This document shows, piece after piece, positions 40,779-54,095 of a stretch of 64,000 bases of DNA. Source of the stretch: Lama guanicoe (Eukaryota); assembly GCA_013239625.1 (NCBI GenBank), contig MU053472.1:1629236-1693235 (forward strand), read 5' to 3'. Position 1 is the first letter of the stretch; the number at the start of each line of letters is the position of its first letter. The notes under the pieces are model-generated. The model was given only the letters and a program-made list of their open reading frames with translations, was not told the origin of the DNA and searched no databases. The translations under genes were made by a program, and so were the position numbers.

Positions 40779-40875
40779 GGGGGGGAGGGTGATAGCTCAG
40801 TGGTGGAGCACATGCTTAGTGTGCATGAGGTTCTGGGTTCAATCCCCAGTACCTCCATTAACCAAAAAAAAAAAA
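40779..40875 (+). mobile_element. tRNA-Ala-derived SINE (short form: head plus poly(A))
   Basis: gggggagggtgatagctcagtggtggagcacatgcttagtgtgcatgaggttctgggttcaatccccagtacctcc plus A tail, with tgaaatg on both flanks. Confidence 0.88.
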
Positions 40876-43333
40876 AATGAAATGAAGAATTGTAAACTAT
40901 ATTTTCCCTTCGTATCCTTTAGTATATGAAGATGAATATACTTTTTTTGTAATAAATAATATACTTGTTTATTGAGGTAAAATGATTATTGGAATTGACT
41001 GAGAATTAGATTATGCTAACTTTAAAGTTTGGAAGATTAGCTACCTCTAATGTAATGCCACAGTTCACCAGTATTTATTTTTGTTTTTCATTTGGTTCTT
41101 TTTTCCATGACATTTGATATAAAATGGGAAATTTTTTTAGAAAGCATATTTATGCTCATTTCTCCAGTTCTGAAACTATGTATGGAATATGTGTATACAC
41201 ATATATAAAAGTACATTTTGGTATGAATTAGATGGGAGTGTAATAATGAAATCTAGTATGTAAATCTTGTGTGATATATGTTAGAGTGTGTTTCTTTGTA
41301 CTACTTGAGTGGGCCTTTTCTCTGTGTATATGTCCATAATATGCATTCAGTGGTTATAGTAACATCAGTTACCTGGAAGTCGATTTTCCCCAAACCCAAA
41401 ACATTCCAAACACAGCTCTTTAATCTCTGAAATATACGAACAATGCAGTACAGTACACAAATTGTTTTTTTAAACAATGAGCAAAAAATTAGAAAGCTTA
41501 TACCTTTTATTTTATATGACATGGTCTTTCTCTTAGGATCATTGTCTTTTTTATAAGTTCTTTACCTTTAAAAACGAAAACTTAAAATTGATGACAGTTG
41601 AAGGAGCTGGAATAAAAACTAGTGTGTAATGGAAGGAAAAGCAATGGGTGCTTCTTTAGTGCTTGTGAACACAGCAGCATTATCATTTTAGAATGATCAC
41701 CATTCCTACTCAAGAGGCTTTCTGAATTCAGAGAAGCACGTGATGTACATTTAAGAAAAATTTCTTAATGAAAGATCTGGCTCTTTGGCAAGCACGCTAT
41801 TTGAAAAAATATTTGCAGAATGTTCTTCTGTAAATGACTTTTTTTTTTTTTGCCATTGTGTCTTATAAATATGCTTTGGTCAATTTAGGTGCACTGTTTA
41901 ATTCATTCAAACATAATTATTTAGCTATTTTTCAGATATTATTCTAGGCAGTGGAGATTCAGCAGTAAATAAAAGACAAAATACTTGACCTTACATATCC
42001 CTCTTTTCAGGTGACAGGGAAATAGAAAAAAAAGATCACAGAACATATGAATTATTTTTATTTTGACAGCATATATGTAACTGTTCCTCTTAAGATCAGT
42101 GATAGACTGGGATTGTCTGCTGGTAAGGTATTTTTAGGTGTGCAGTTCATGGTATTTAGAACATGCTATGTTTTTTTCCTATTATGCTCATGTGTTTCAT
42201 GCATGCTATTTGGCTGTTTATTTTGCCATGGGAAGAAAAGGTTATTGTTATAAAATGTTGTCTGTCTCATTATTGTATAAATTTAGATTCCAAATTGAGA
42301 TATAAACTATGAAATAGATAACGTCAGTTTGATCCTCTAGTGTATATTCTAGAGAAAAACCTTTGTGAAAATATAACCAGGTACTTGTGGAATGATAAAC
42401 GAGGAATTCTTTAGATTAGGCTTTATGTGTTCTTTGATTCTATAGTCTCCTTTGAGTAGTCTTTTACAAACAGTTTTGCGAGACAGTAGAATATTATTTC
42501 GTGTAGTTGACAGCTGAGGGCATTATACTCAGAGACCTTATTGGCATTGTCAGGATGGGAGATGAGAGCCTCAGGGATGACAGATACCACTTCCTTCACT
42601 GAAGTGTGTTATGTCTTGGTTAGTAGAGTTCGGGAAGATGGCACTGGTGTTTCCCTGCATGGATGGTGTCCACTGTCTGGAGTATGTGATTTGTTCTTTT
42701 TGAAAGAGGGGAATGACAAAATAATTCTTCCTATTAGTTTGATATTGGCTGGGCTGAAAGCAAGGAGAGTACAGTTGAATGCCTATTGTAGATGCATAGA
42801 ACTATGTAAATTAGTTCCCCAACATCTGCTGATGCACCCATTGTGAATTACTTCTCATTGGCTCCATACTTGCTCTCCTTCCTGATCCCCCATCCCCAGT
42901 TATTGTCATTTCATTTTAGGTGTATGTTTTCCTTATCTTTTACCCTTAAATTCCTGAACCGATTGTATCCTTTCTCTTTGCTAAACATTTTTGCTAGACT
43001 TGTGAAGTTGTAAGCTTATAAACTCTAAAAATTCTTCTTGGCTTCTTTCTCTTGTTCTAGGAGTAACTGTATAAAATGCCTGATTTTTGTTAGAAGTGAA
43101 TGTCAGTTCTTCCTAGATTTATTTCTTACTGGAACAGAATCAAAGCCAAAAGGAAACTGCAGCAGAGGAAAAAAATGATCCCCATTTAGCTATTAAAATA
43201 ATGACAAGTGTTATGGGACTTTTTATGTGAAACTTGGAAAAATAAATTTGTTCGATTGTTCTGTTTTTATGGCATCAAAATATGATGCACCAACAGAAAA
43301 ACTGATTAAGAAATTTCTTACTCTTGCCATTGA

Positions 43334-43669
<336 letters not shown>

Positions 43670-44719
43670 TGATTTCTTTCAGTTAAATCGGTTTCACTTA
43701 GCCATTAAGGCCATCGTACTAAATGAAGATACATTTATATGCTGAAATTTTTACTTATGTTTTTAACTCAAAGCAAAAGACAAAATCTTTTTTATGCCAT
43801 TTAGTGCCCTGCATGCACATGTAAAATGAAATCTAAAAACTACTCCAGAATTCAAAGAAGATGATACTTTTTTGTTTGTTTTTATGGTTATTGGCATATT
43901 GAGAATAATATGAAATAATATCTATTGAAGAGTTCTTGACTCTCTAGCCTCTGGAATTCACCAAATCAAGACACTACTGAAGAAAGGTACTTATCTAGAT
44001 GAGTTCATTGATGCTTTCCCCCAAATTATGTCTGCTATGTACAGATATTTTGCATCACACTGATAAATACTGCTGTATTTATACTCTGTCATGTTCTTTC
44101 TCTTGATATCTCATAAAAATAGTTCTTTTCAAGTTAATTCTTTTCAAGCAAGGCTAGAGATGTGCAATCCAGTATGCTGACATAATAGTACCTTCTAAAG
44201 TTTACTTCTGTAATAAATTCCCTAGAGTGCTGGAGACATCCAAGAGAAAAAGAAAGAAATTGCCCCTTGGCTCTTGTAGATGTATTGTCACACGTGGAAG
44301 ACTATACATTTAGAAGTATAGGTATTATGCCAGTAGTTACATATTGTTTTCAAACAGAAAGAACTTCCTTCTTAGATGCATAGCGTGAATGTGTGCTTTT
44401 ATAGAGATATGTGTCAATAATATCTAGTGTTACATACAAAGACTAGAAAGCGTAGTGGCATTCACAAGGAGTTTCCTAATCCGATGGTCATACCATCCTT
44501 TGGGAGAAATAGTTCCAGAGAAACATTTTTGCGTGGCATTTACATAAGGGGTAGTATTTTTTAACAGTTTCTGATTGTTGTAGCATTTGGGCTGAGTGTG
44601 GAACTGCAAAATTGATTTAAATTTTTCAGCAACAATCTCTTTCAGTGGAAGTTTTCTTTGACTAAAATTTTAAGCAAGAGGCCATGTATCTAGATTGGAA
44701 TTGTTTTTCATTACCTCTT

Positions 44720-46099
44720 TTAAAATAACTGTTAACCTGGAAGACTTACGGAAAGTTTACAAGAATAAATATGGTACAAATAGCATAAAGTATACTCATG
44801 TACTCTTTACTCAGATTGACCTCTGAATTATTTCAGGTTTGCACATATCACATTATTCCAAAATACTTAGATTATCAGCCAGTTTAATATTAATAAATTA
44901 CTTTTATGTATTGTACCATGCATATTCCAGTTTAGTCAATTAACTCTACTATGTCATTTATAGAAATTTTTTTCCTGTAGTGCAGTGTCCACTCTACAAT
45001 CTGGTATTATATTTTTTAGGAATGTCCCTTTCATTTTTCATCTTTTACAAGATGGATAATTTTGAAGACCACAACCCTCTGCTTCTACCCACTATTCTAT
45101 TTTTCTTTATTGGAAGGATTTTTATTTTGAGGTTTGTTTTTGAAGTTCTCTCTTAATTATATTCAGGTTCTGTATTTCTGGCTGGAATCCTATGTGAGCC
45201 TTGTTCTGTACTTCGCACGGCATCACATCTGGACGTGCATGATATACATCTGTCCTTTATTGATGATGCTAATTTTGTCAAGGTCTTGTCCAGTTTCTGT
45301 AGTGAGTAATCACTGTTTTCCCCCCTTGTAACTAACAAATAATGTAGAAAGACCATTCTTATATCCTGCTTTTCATCAAGATCTTAGCCTAATTTTAGCA
45401 TCCATTGTTGATTCTTGCCTGAACCAGTCTTTACTATGAAGATGGCAGATGAATGATTTTCCACTTTCACTCTCCATATTTACCAGAAGGCATTTGGCTT
45501 TCTATCTATTTAACTTTCCCTTCTTTTCTATCTTTCTGTGTCTACATTTTCAAAATAGACTCATGGATTCTTGTTATTTCAGTGGCTTTTAATACTTGTG
45601 CACCTGTATATACACATAGACACAAACATTTTGGGAGTGAAGAGTTCATATTTTGTCCCCTATTTCCTATATATATGTCCTTTGTTTTAATAGGAGACCA
45701 TAACATCAGCCAGTAATATTTTCCTCATTTCTTCAATCCTGTAATATAAAAAAATTACAGAATTCCTTGCTCATACCACTACAAAAGTCAAACCAACTAA
45801 AATGATAAAAAGACTTCAGGATTTTCTTTTCCTTTGACTTTCATTACTGCCTAAAACCCAAGGTATGCAATCAGATACTGTATTTATAGGTTATTTTGGT
45901 TAGTTTGGCGTTTATCCCTCCTTTTCTACCTTCCTTCATTATTGTTACAGTTTTCATTTACTACGTAATTGGGGACATTTGTTTTTATTTTTGTTTTATT
46001 TATATGCTGATGTACTTTATCATGTATTTTATATCTGTTTGCTTATTTGTTTGTTTTTTGTTTATTTATTTATATTTCCCTTTCTTTCCCAAAAGATAA

Positions 46100-46136
<37 letters not shown>

Positions 46137-46200
46137 CGTATAGTGTTTTGTACATTGCTTTTTTCACTTATCAATATTTCCTGGAATTTGGGCCATTTGA
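44720..46200 (-). mobile_element. Old L1ME/MC-type antisense fragments
   Basis: gacttacggaaagtttacaagaata...tactctttactcagatt..., ttttagcatccattgttgattcttgcctgaacc. Boundaries approximate. Confidence 0.6.
46103..46133. repeat. (TG)n microsatellite
   Basis: About 15 TG units read directly. Confidence 0.9.
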
Positions 46201-47707
46201 TAGTTTTAAACTACAAAAATTTCTAATTTATCTTTTTTTTTTGTTTGTTTTTTGATGTCCTGAGATGCAGATATAATTTCCTAATGAGTTTAAACTAATT
46301 GCTGGCTTAGTTATATTTATGTAGACATGCTGACTCAGTTTTAGTTGACTTGAAAAGGTGACAGTATTGCTTGTTTTCACATATTTATTCTTGATTATTT
46401 TAATTATCTGAGGCAAGGACAAGATGATTGTATTTCCAAGACAATGTCTTTCCTTGCATTTGCTGCAGGAGGCAGCAGAAGGATAATTTTCTTAGTTGTT
46501 TGAATGTGTCTTTGTGAATGAATAAATGAGTGAGTGGGTGGGTGAGTGAGTGAATGAGTGAGAGAGATTCTTTTCATTAGCTAAAATGATCACTTTTCAA
46601 ACTCCGTCCCTGTTTTCCCCTCTGTGAAACTGCATTTGCCAGTCACCTGTGATTTGGAGAATTCCTCACCACTGACCTTGAATTTTACTTAAGCAACCAT
46701 TCAGTGAGGCAGCTTAACGTCTCATGTCAGAGTTTTAAAGATATTCTGTTATAAATATTATTATTGTCTTAAGGGATTTTTTAAAATATAAAATCAGTGA
46801 TGGAGAAAATTTTAATTTTAAAATAAAAGAACAAATGGTTTCTTTATATAATTTAAAACTAGGTTTAAATTATATAAAGCATTTTTAAATTTTGAATTAT
46901 ATTAAGCATTTTTTGTTATATTTTGGGAGAGAAAGACTGAATTCTATAGGCTTTTAATAATTTATATCATAATTTGGAGTTCTAATAGTCTACTACTACT
47001 ATTATTATATTACTATTATTAAAAACTTAAAAAATCTGATTTTTTTTTCTTTTCTCTCCTTTTTTAAAAACTAAATTTAGGAAGTGTAGGAGCCATGGAG
47101 AATTTAGTTCTGGTTTATTTCTCAGCGCATGAGAGAATCATGCATGTCAAACTAGTGATTCACTTTGAAAATTGGCAGGTTGATTTATTTATGTCAGACA
47201 TGAATAAGGGCATGTCTTTTTCATGCTAATGGTAAAACCAGTAAGCCCTCTGAAGTGGACAGCTACTATATGTGTCAGAATTGATTTATGCATAATTTGT
47301 GCCACTTTCCCACAAGCACAATTGAAAATGGAAATATGGCAAATTCATTTGTCTATTTTTTAAAGTTTCCTTTTTCAATCTTTTTGTAGGAATTAAGAGG
47401 ACAAAACTTCCAATTTGCTAGCATGTTAAATATTTAATGTTAGGAAGTCAGTCTTAGTCCCTTGATTATGTTTCTAAAATTTATTTGTGGAAAGTCTGCC
47501 AGGTCTCAAATCCTTCCATTTCAGAGTTTATAAATTCTTAAAGACTATTCATCTTGTAATTAAAAATCGTATTTGAGCATGAAACTGCCAGAGCGGCACC
47601 AGCAGGCTATAAAAAGGGGTAAAAGTGTCTCAGCAGGGCTTTTAGCTGTTTGTCTGAAAAACACTCATGCAAACATTCCCACCCTGTACCATCATTCTGC
47701 ACGGTAA

Positions 47708-47923
<216 letters not shown>

Positions 47924-50289
47924 TGATTCTCTCCCGAAGTGTATTGAGATTGTCCCTTCCCTTTTCATTCACAAATGTCGAATGGGCTTAAGAAATAACT
48001 CAGAATTATTTTATCAAGTGAAGAGAATTCATGACCAAATGATTATGTATTTTATCTCTTAAGGTTCCTAAATAATGCTTTGTTGTTATTAATGATTATA
48101 GGGTTTGTATATATCAAGTTTAAAATATTGAAGTTGGCTATGTAGATCAAAGCCTGTAATCTAATTGATACCACTTTGGAAAGAAGCTTTACTTACATGT
48201 TTTAAGTAGTTACTTCTGGCTTCCTTTTTGGTGCATCATTGTACCTATACTGACATCCTTTTGCATCCTTGAACATTTATGAATCTTCTTGACATAAAAA
48301 GAATATTATTCCTTAGGAAAACTTGAGTGAGACCCCTGGCACATTCAAAGATTCTTTCATGACACAGAGCTGCCCCCTGTGTGTTTGTCAAGTGAGTTCT
48401 TTTTTGTGTACACGCGAGGGTTAATTTTGATGATGGCTCGTAAACTTTATGCTGATTATAAGGTATTCATATAATCACCAGCCTTTTGAATTGTGAAGTA
48501 TACAACAAAACAATTCCTGTAATAGGGATGACATAGTGAATCTAAATGACAGCATGTAATAGAAAGCACAACTGTTCAGAACAGAACAGCAGTTTAAAGC
48601 AAACCACAGGGAGGGAATCAAAGGTCACACTGTTTTATGTAAAACAAACACAGAAATACTTAAAGATTGATCACAAATGCTTGCACAGTATGGTCTGATG
48701 AGAGAGGCATTACGTATTTTTGACTCAGAGGGAAATATTGAATGCCTTTATGCTTGCTTATAGCACCCTATACTTTAGATTTCTGAATCTTTATAAAAAT
48801 TGCTTGCTTTGTTCCCACTGTGTATGACAAAATTGTGATGGTTATTTCAGTGAAGAGAAATCCAAGACAGAATTATTAGGCGGCATCAGTGTTATTCAGT
48901 TAGTTTGCAACAGACCCACAAAACGTGCCAGTGAGATTGCACATTAGATTCCTTTCCGACTTGTCTGTGGCAGACACTTTCTTCAGGGTAGCTTATGGTA
49001 TTGTCATTCTGAATAATTTTTAGTTATGAGACAGAGGATAACTTTTCAGCTCTCGTTTGCTATAATTATGTGTTTTTTTATGCCTACGTAAAAGAAAAGT
49101 GACCTGCCTCATTCAGTAACTGTTTAGCTGTTAGCTGAAAGTAGACTTGATAAAGTGAGGCTAGACTTAATATCCTTTGAAAAGAACAAGTCCAAACTCC
49201 CCACTTTTCTACATGGCAGTATTGTGAACTGGGAAGAATTCTTCTGCATTTAAACTCTGAAGAAATTACGTTGATGATAACACCTTACTCCAGTTAATTT
49301 CCCACAGGCTGCTGGTCTCCAATGGAATTGGCGTTGATTGCAGTCCACTGTTAGCTCTTGGATGTGAAACGAAGATCATTCTACAACTGACAAGATTTTA
49401 GGAAAATAATTTGGCTGTATTTGCAAAGAAATCTCAAGCTATTCGTGGTTTTTAACTCGAGTCCATAAGTACAAAGAAAATGATTACATAAATATAAGAA
49501 AAACATTACAATGACAGTATTACACTCTTCTGTAGAATAAAAATGTATGTCTAATAAAAGAATATATCTAATCTTATAGATAAGACAATATATAAGATTC
49601 TGACATTAACTCTGGAATAAATTGATTAATGTTTAATTTTTTATTTAAGTGCTTTTGTCTGATTTTAATGCTTACTCATGTTCTTGCCTATAAATTTATA
49701 AAGTGAAGGAAAAATATAACCGTGAATGCAAAAGTTTCCCATTTCTCATTAGTTTTAGTAAGTTCAGTCATATATTGTACCCTGGTCTTTTAACTCATTT
49801 AACTTAAATATTATGAAATATTTTTGAAAATATTTTCCTTATACATTTATGTAATCATTTTCTTTGTACTTATGGACTCTTAAGTTAAAAACTGTGAATA
49901 TCTTGAGATTTCTTTGCAAATACTGCCAAATTATTTTCCTAAAATCTTGTCAGTTCTAGAATGATCTTCATTTCACATCCAAGGTATGGATATTTTACAT
50001 AGGGAATATTTGAAAGTTGGGATGGTTTCCCCTTCAAATATAATTTCTCCTAGTAAGTTATTGGATGTTAGAAACTTTCTGGGTAAATTAACCTTCTGAA
50101 GTATTAGCAGTTCCATGGTAAGGGCATGAAAATGTAATTAAGTAGTATAATTATAAATATATTCTTTTTTTTTTTTTACTATTACATTATGGGTTATACT
50201 CATATTTGTTTGTTCACTTGTGAAAATCTATCATGATGTACACTTACGATTCCTATCCTTTGCTGTATAAATGAGTAAAAAACTTAACC

Positions 50290-50925
50290 AAGGAAAGAAA
50301 AATCTCACAAAGATAACTTCAGATCTGGAAACCTTCTGCAGAGAATTCTGTCTAATGCTTAGAAATAAACAATAACATAAACAACACGAATTTACTGTAT
50401 AGCTCAGGGAGCTATATTCAGTACCTTATGATAACCTACAATGAAAAAGAATTTGAAAAAAATATATAACTGAATCACTTTGCTGTACACCTGAAACCAG
50501 CACAATATTGTAAGTCAATTATATGTCAATTAAAAAAGAGAATAAACAATGACAATATTACACTCTTCTGTAGAATAAAAAGGTATGTCTAATAAAAGAA
50601 TATATCTAATCTTATTTTATGATGCAAGATTACTTTGAAATTGAAAACTTGACAAGAGTGTTATGAAAAAGGAAAGCTACAGACCTGTCTTTCTCATGAA
50701 CACAGATTTGAAAAATTCTAAACAAAATTCTAGTGGAAAAAAATTAATATACACAGAGGGGTAATATGTATTGGGATAACTCTGCATTTTAAGGCTGGTT
50801 TATTACTCAAAGTCAGTGAGTGTAATTTGCCACAAGAACAGAATAGAGGAGAAAATGATGTAATTATGTCAATACATGTACTGAAAGCATTTGATAAAAT
50901 CAAACATACATGCATCGTTAAAACA
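50290..50925 (+). mobile_element. Old L1 ORF2 (RT region) fragment interrupted by a younger L1 tail
   Basis: gaaagctacagacctgtctttctcatgaacacagat..., gaaagcatttgataaaatcaaacat. Confidence 0.75.
50378..50540 (+). mobile_element. Young cetartiodactyl-type L1 3'UTR with TSD
   Basis: tactgtatagctcagggagctatattcag...aactgaatcactttgctgtacacctgaaacc. Flanks aataaacaataaca (50364) and aataaacaatgaca (50541). Confidence 0.85.
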
Positions 50926-53869
50926 TTTTAAATAGTGATAGCTTCAGGTTCTCTAGAATTCCATTTTTCTCAAATTACCAAACTATTTAAACACAGTAAG
51001 CATGGCCATTATAATCTGTTTCTGATCACTCCAATATTTTGATTTCTTTTGGATATATTTTTGTTTTTTGGTGTTTCTGTTAATTCTCATTTATGATGTC
51101 TTGGCTCCTTGTTTGCCAGAATTTATTTTAAAAAATCTTTAGAAACATCTTCAAGTTTGGATGATACCAGAGTTCTGTGACAGTCTCAGGCTTGGATGAT
51201 CTTAATCCAATTTCAGGTATTGAGATTACTTAAATTATTTAAATAAAGGTCACCTGAAATAGCTGTGAGAGCCTGATTTCTACAGGTTATTTCTATTGTG
51301 TGTCCCTTTATGTTCCAAACCAAACCATAGAGGGAAAGTCACCAGGTAGACCCCCATGAACACGACCACCTAGTTCCACAAGTGAATAGAGCACCACTCA
51401 GTCTCTTAGAAAGTCCCCTCTAGAATGTGTAAATGCATTTAGGCCTAGATACCAGCTAAATCCACATGTCTGGATCTCCCTGTTCTCTTGGAATTGGACC
51501 TAGTAACTCATCACTATCTTGTTAAATATTCAGTGCCTTAAGAGAGGAAAAAGCAAATTCTCCCCAGTTTTCCTACTTGTTTTCATTGGTAGAACTGATC
51601 TGATTTACCTAGCCTGTCATTACTGAAAATAGAAAATAAAATATCTCATCATTTCTTAGCATTTCAGTCATTTCTAGGTAATAAGATATTTTTTTGAGAT
51701 ATAACATGGAAAATGTCTTAAAAGCCAGTATAATACTTGATCCTTAAGAAAACATTAAATCATGGCCTTTAATAGAGTAGTCAGTAATATTTTTTTCTCT
51801 ATGATGACAGCTTCTATGTGGCTTAATAGAGGTTAACCACTTTGTTATATAGAAGGATTATTTATTAAATTAAAAGTTTTTTTATGTCTCATTCAGTTGT
51901 AAATATAAATATATTAATTGTATATGTGCTTGGATCTCCTTAGAGGAAATAATTTTTTAAAACATGTTCTGAATTTTCAAATAGCACTTAAATACTCATT
52001 TTTCTACTTAAAATTTTTTATTTTTGATTTTCCAAATAATTCATTTGGCTTTCCTTATAAATAATATAATAAAGATGAATTCTCTGTGGTAGTGTTGAAG
52101 GAAAAAATTTAATATTGAAATTGTTCAAATTGGGTTATTTTGAAACATTTATTAAATCATTGGTCTGTATTTTCTAGTTACCCTGTAACTGTCCTATTTG
52201 ATTTTTCCTTTTAATGGGTTTTAACCCCTGTGTGGTAAATTGATTTAATAAAAATGCCTGTTTTCTCTTGTTATCTGATAACTTCTTAATGACAACTAAC
52301 AGCTTTTTTGAGAGAGCAGCACCATTAGTACTAATGGATAGGGAGGACACTGATATGGCAGGAGAAAGGCTAAAGATGACTAGTGACCCTGTGGCAAATC
52401 TGTCTGCAACAGAGCAGAATAAGGACCATGCTCATTTGAATTTTTCATCCTAGTAGATTATCTGACACTTATGTTACAGTCTTATGTCCAGCACTTTTAC
52501 AAGTACAGTTTAGTTCTGTGAATATTCTTGTAAAGGTTATTTGAGAGTATAAAGAACTTTTTAACAATTTAGATACTTCAGATTGTGAGGACATTCAGTT
52601 CAATCACATAGCCATTTGGCCAAATTGGATTTTTTCCCTAATTTTTGCTAAGCCTTCATCATTTTTTGTATGTGTTTGAGGAAATCATCAGGTATGTACA
52701 TAGCCTTTCCATTAAAATCTACTGAAAAGACTAATTACTGTGAGGTGATTTAGGTATGTAAATATGGTTATTGAAAACTGTTAAATAATAACATATTATA
52801 TATTTCTTCTGGTCACCAGTGCTCAGTGATGTATTTGATTGTAATATGGAGACAAATTTCCCATAGAATCAAATGTCTTCACAAATGTAGAAAACTTCCA
52901 ACACCCCCTCTCACACCCTGCATTAGATCTCACTGGAAAGTTAATGAGCTCTGATAGACAGTAATGTCTTGTCACTTACCATACATAGTATACATCTGAT
53001 GACTGTTAAAATATGAGTTTAGATTTGTGTCCACTAATAAGATGATCCCACCAAGTATTCATAAGGTTGTTTTTTTTATGTGTGTGTGTATATGAGAAAT
53101 ATCATTAAGTCTTCCTGTAATATGAATCTTTGACAATGAAATACACTACTCTGTCTTTCTCCTCTTTCTGGAGTTTTTTCCTTGTTCTCTTATATTAACT
53201 TTCCCCTTCATCTTGTGGTTTGCTCTGGTACATTACTTCCCACTTTCTGTGTGCTCCAGTTATTTCAGTTTTATTCCTATTCATTGGTATAAGAGCATGA
53301 AATAATAGGCTCAAGGGCAAATAGGGAGGATATACAACCAAAGATTTTAAACCTGAAAGGCATTCCTTTGATAAAGGGATCGCTCCGTTTAAGTGGGAGC
53401 ATCTCCATTAGCATTAATGGAGCTGGTACATCAGCGGAGGCATCTCAGAGGTTAATCAGGCTTCCTGGCCAGCTTTTGACATCAATACACTGTGGCGCCT
53501 GATTTTGTTGGTCCTTCAGAGGCTTTCTTGACAACACTCTAACAGACTTTGTGTAAGTCATTTCTTGTGAATTATTGAAACAAATGTTTGGCTGCTAATT
53601 GAGGAACACTAATGTGTTTTATAATCACTGCAGTTTGGGTTTTTAGCACTAAACAAAACAGTAACAATTGATTTGTGGCTTTTTCTTGGTTTCAGTCCAC
53701 TGTAAGTTATATCATTTTGCTTGAATTCAGCAAGTGACTTTGTTGGTCATTTTATTTAAGTATTTATTAGGACACACTATTGTGGTCTTCATTTTCCCTT
53801 TTTTCCTTCCCAGTGTATGTTTGTGTTCTGAAATCATGAAGCAGTAACAGGAATAGATTACAAGGCAAT

Positions 53870-54095
53870 ACTGGGTAGCAGTTAAAATCAGGCTTTGGAG
53901 ATAGACTGTCCTAGTTTCGAATTCTGGCTTTGTCATTGGCCAGCTGTTTGAGCTGCCATTTTGCTTAACTTTACTGCAGCCTCAATTTTATTTTCTATAA
54001 TTCTGAGGTATTTAAGGAAATCTATACAGGTCATATATGTTAAAGAGCCTTGACCAATCCCAAGTTCATAAGAAAGGTTCCATGTAACATGGCCA
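53870..54095 (+). mobile_element. MIR SINE
   Basis: gttaaaatcaggctttggagatagactgtcctagtttcgaattctggct...gcttaactttactgcagcctcaatttt. Confidence 0.7.

Noticed and set aside
47595..47620. TATA-like ctataaaaagggg ~180 bp upstream of an exon
   Set aside because: No CpG island or other promoter evidence. TATA matches are frequent in AT-rich introns.
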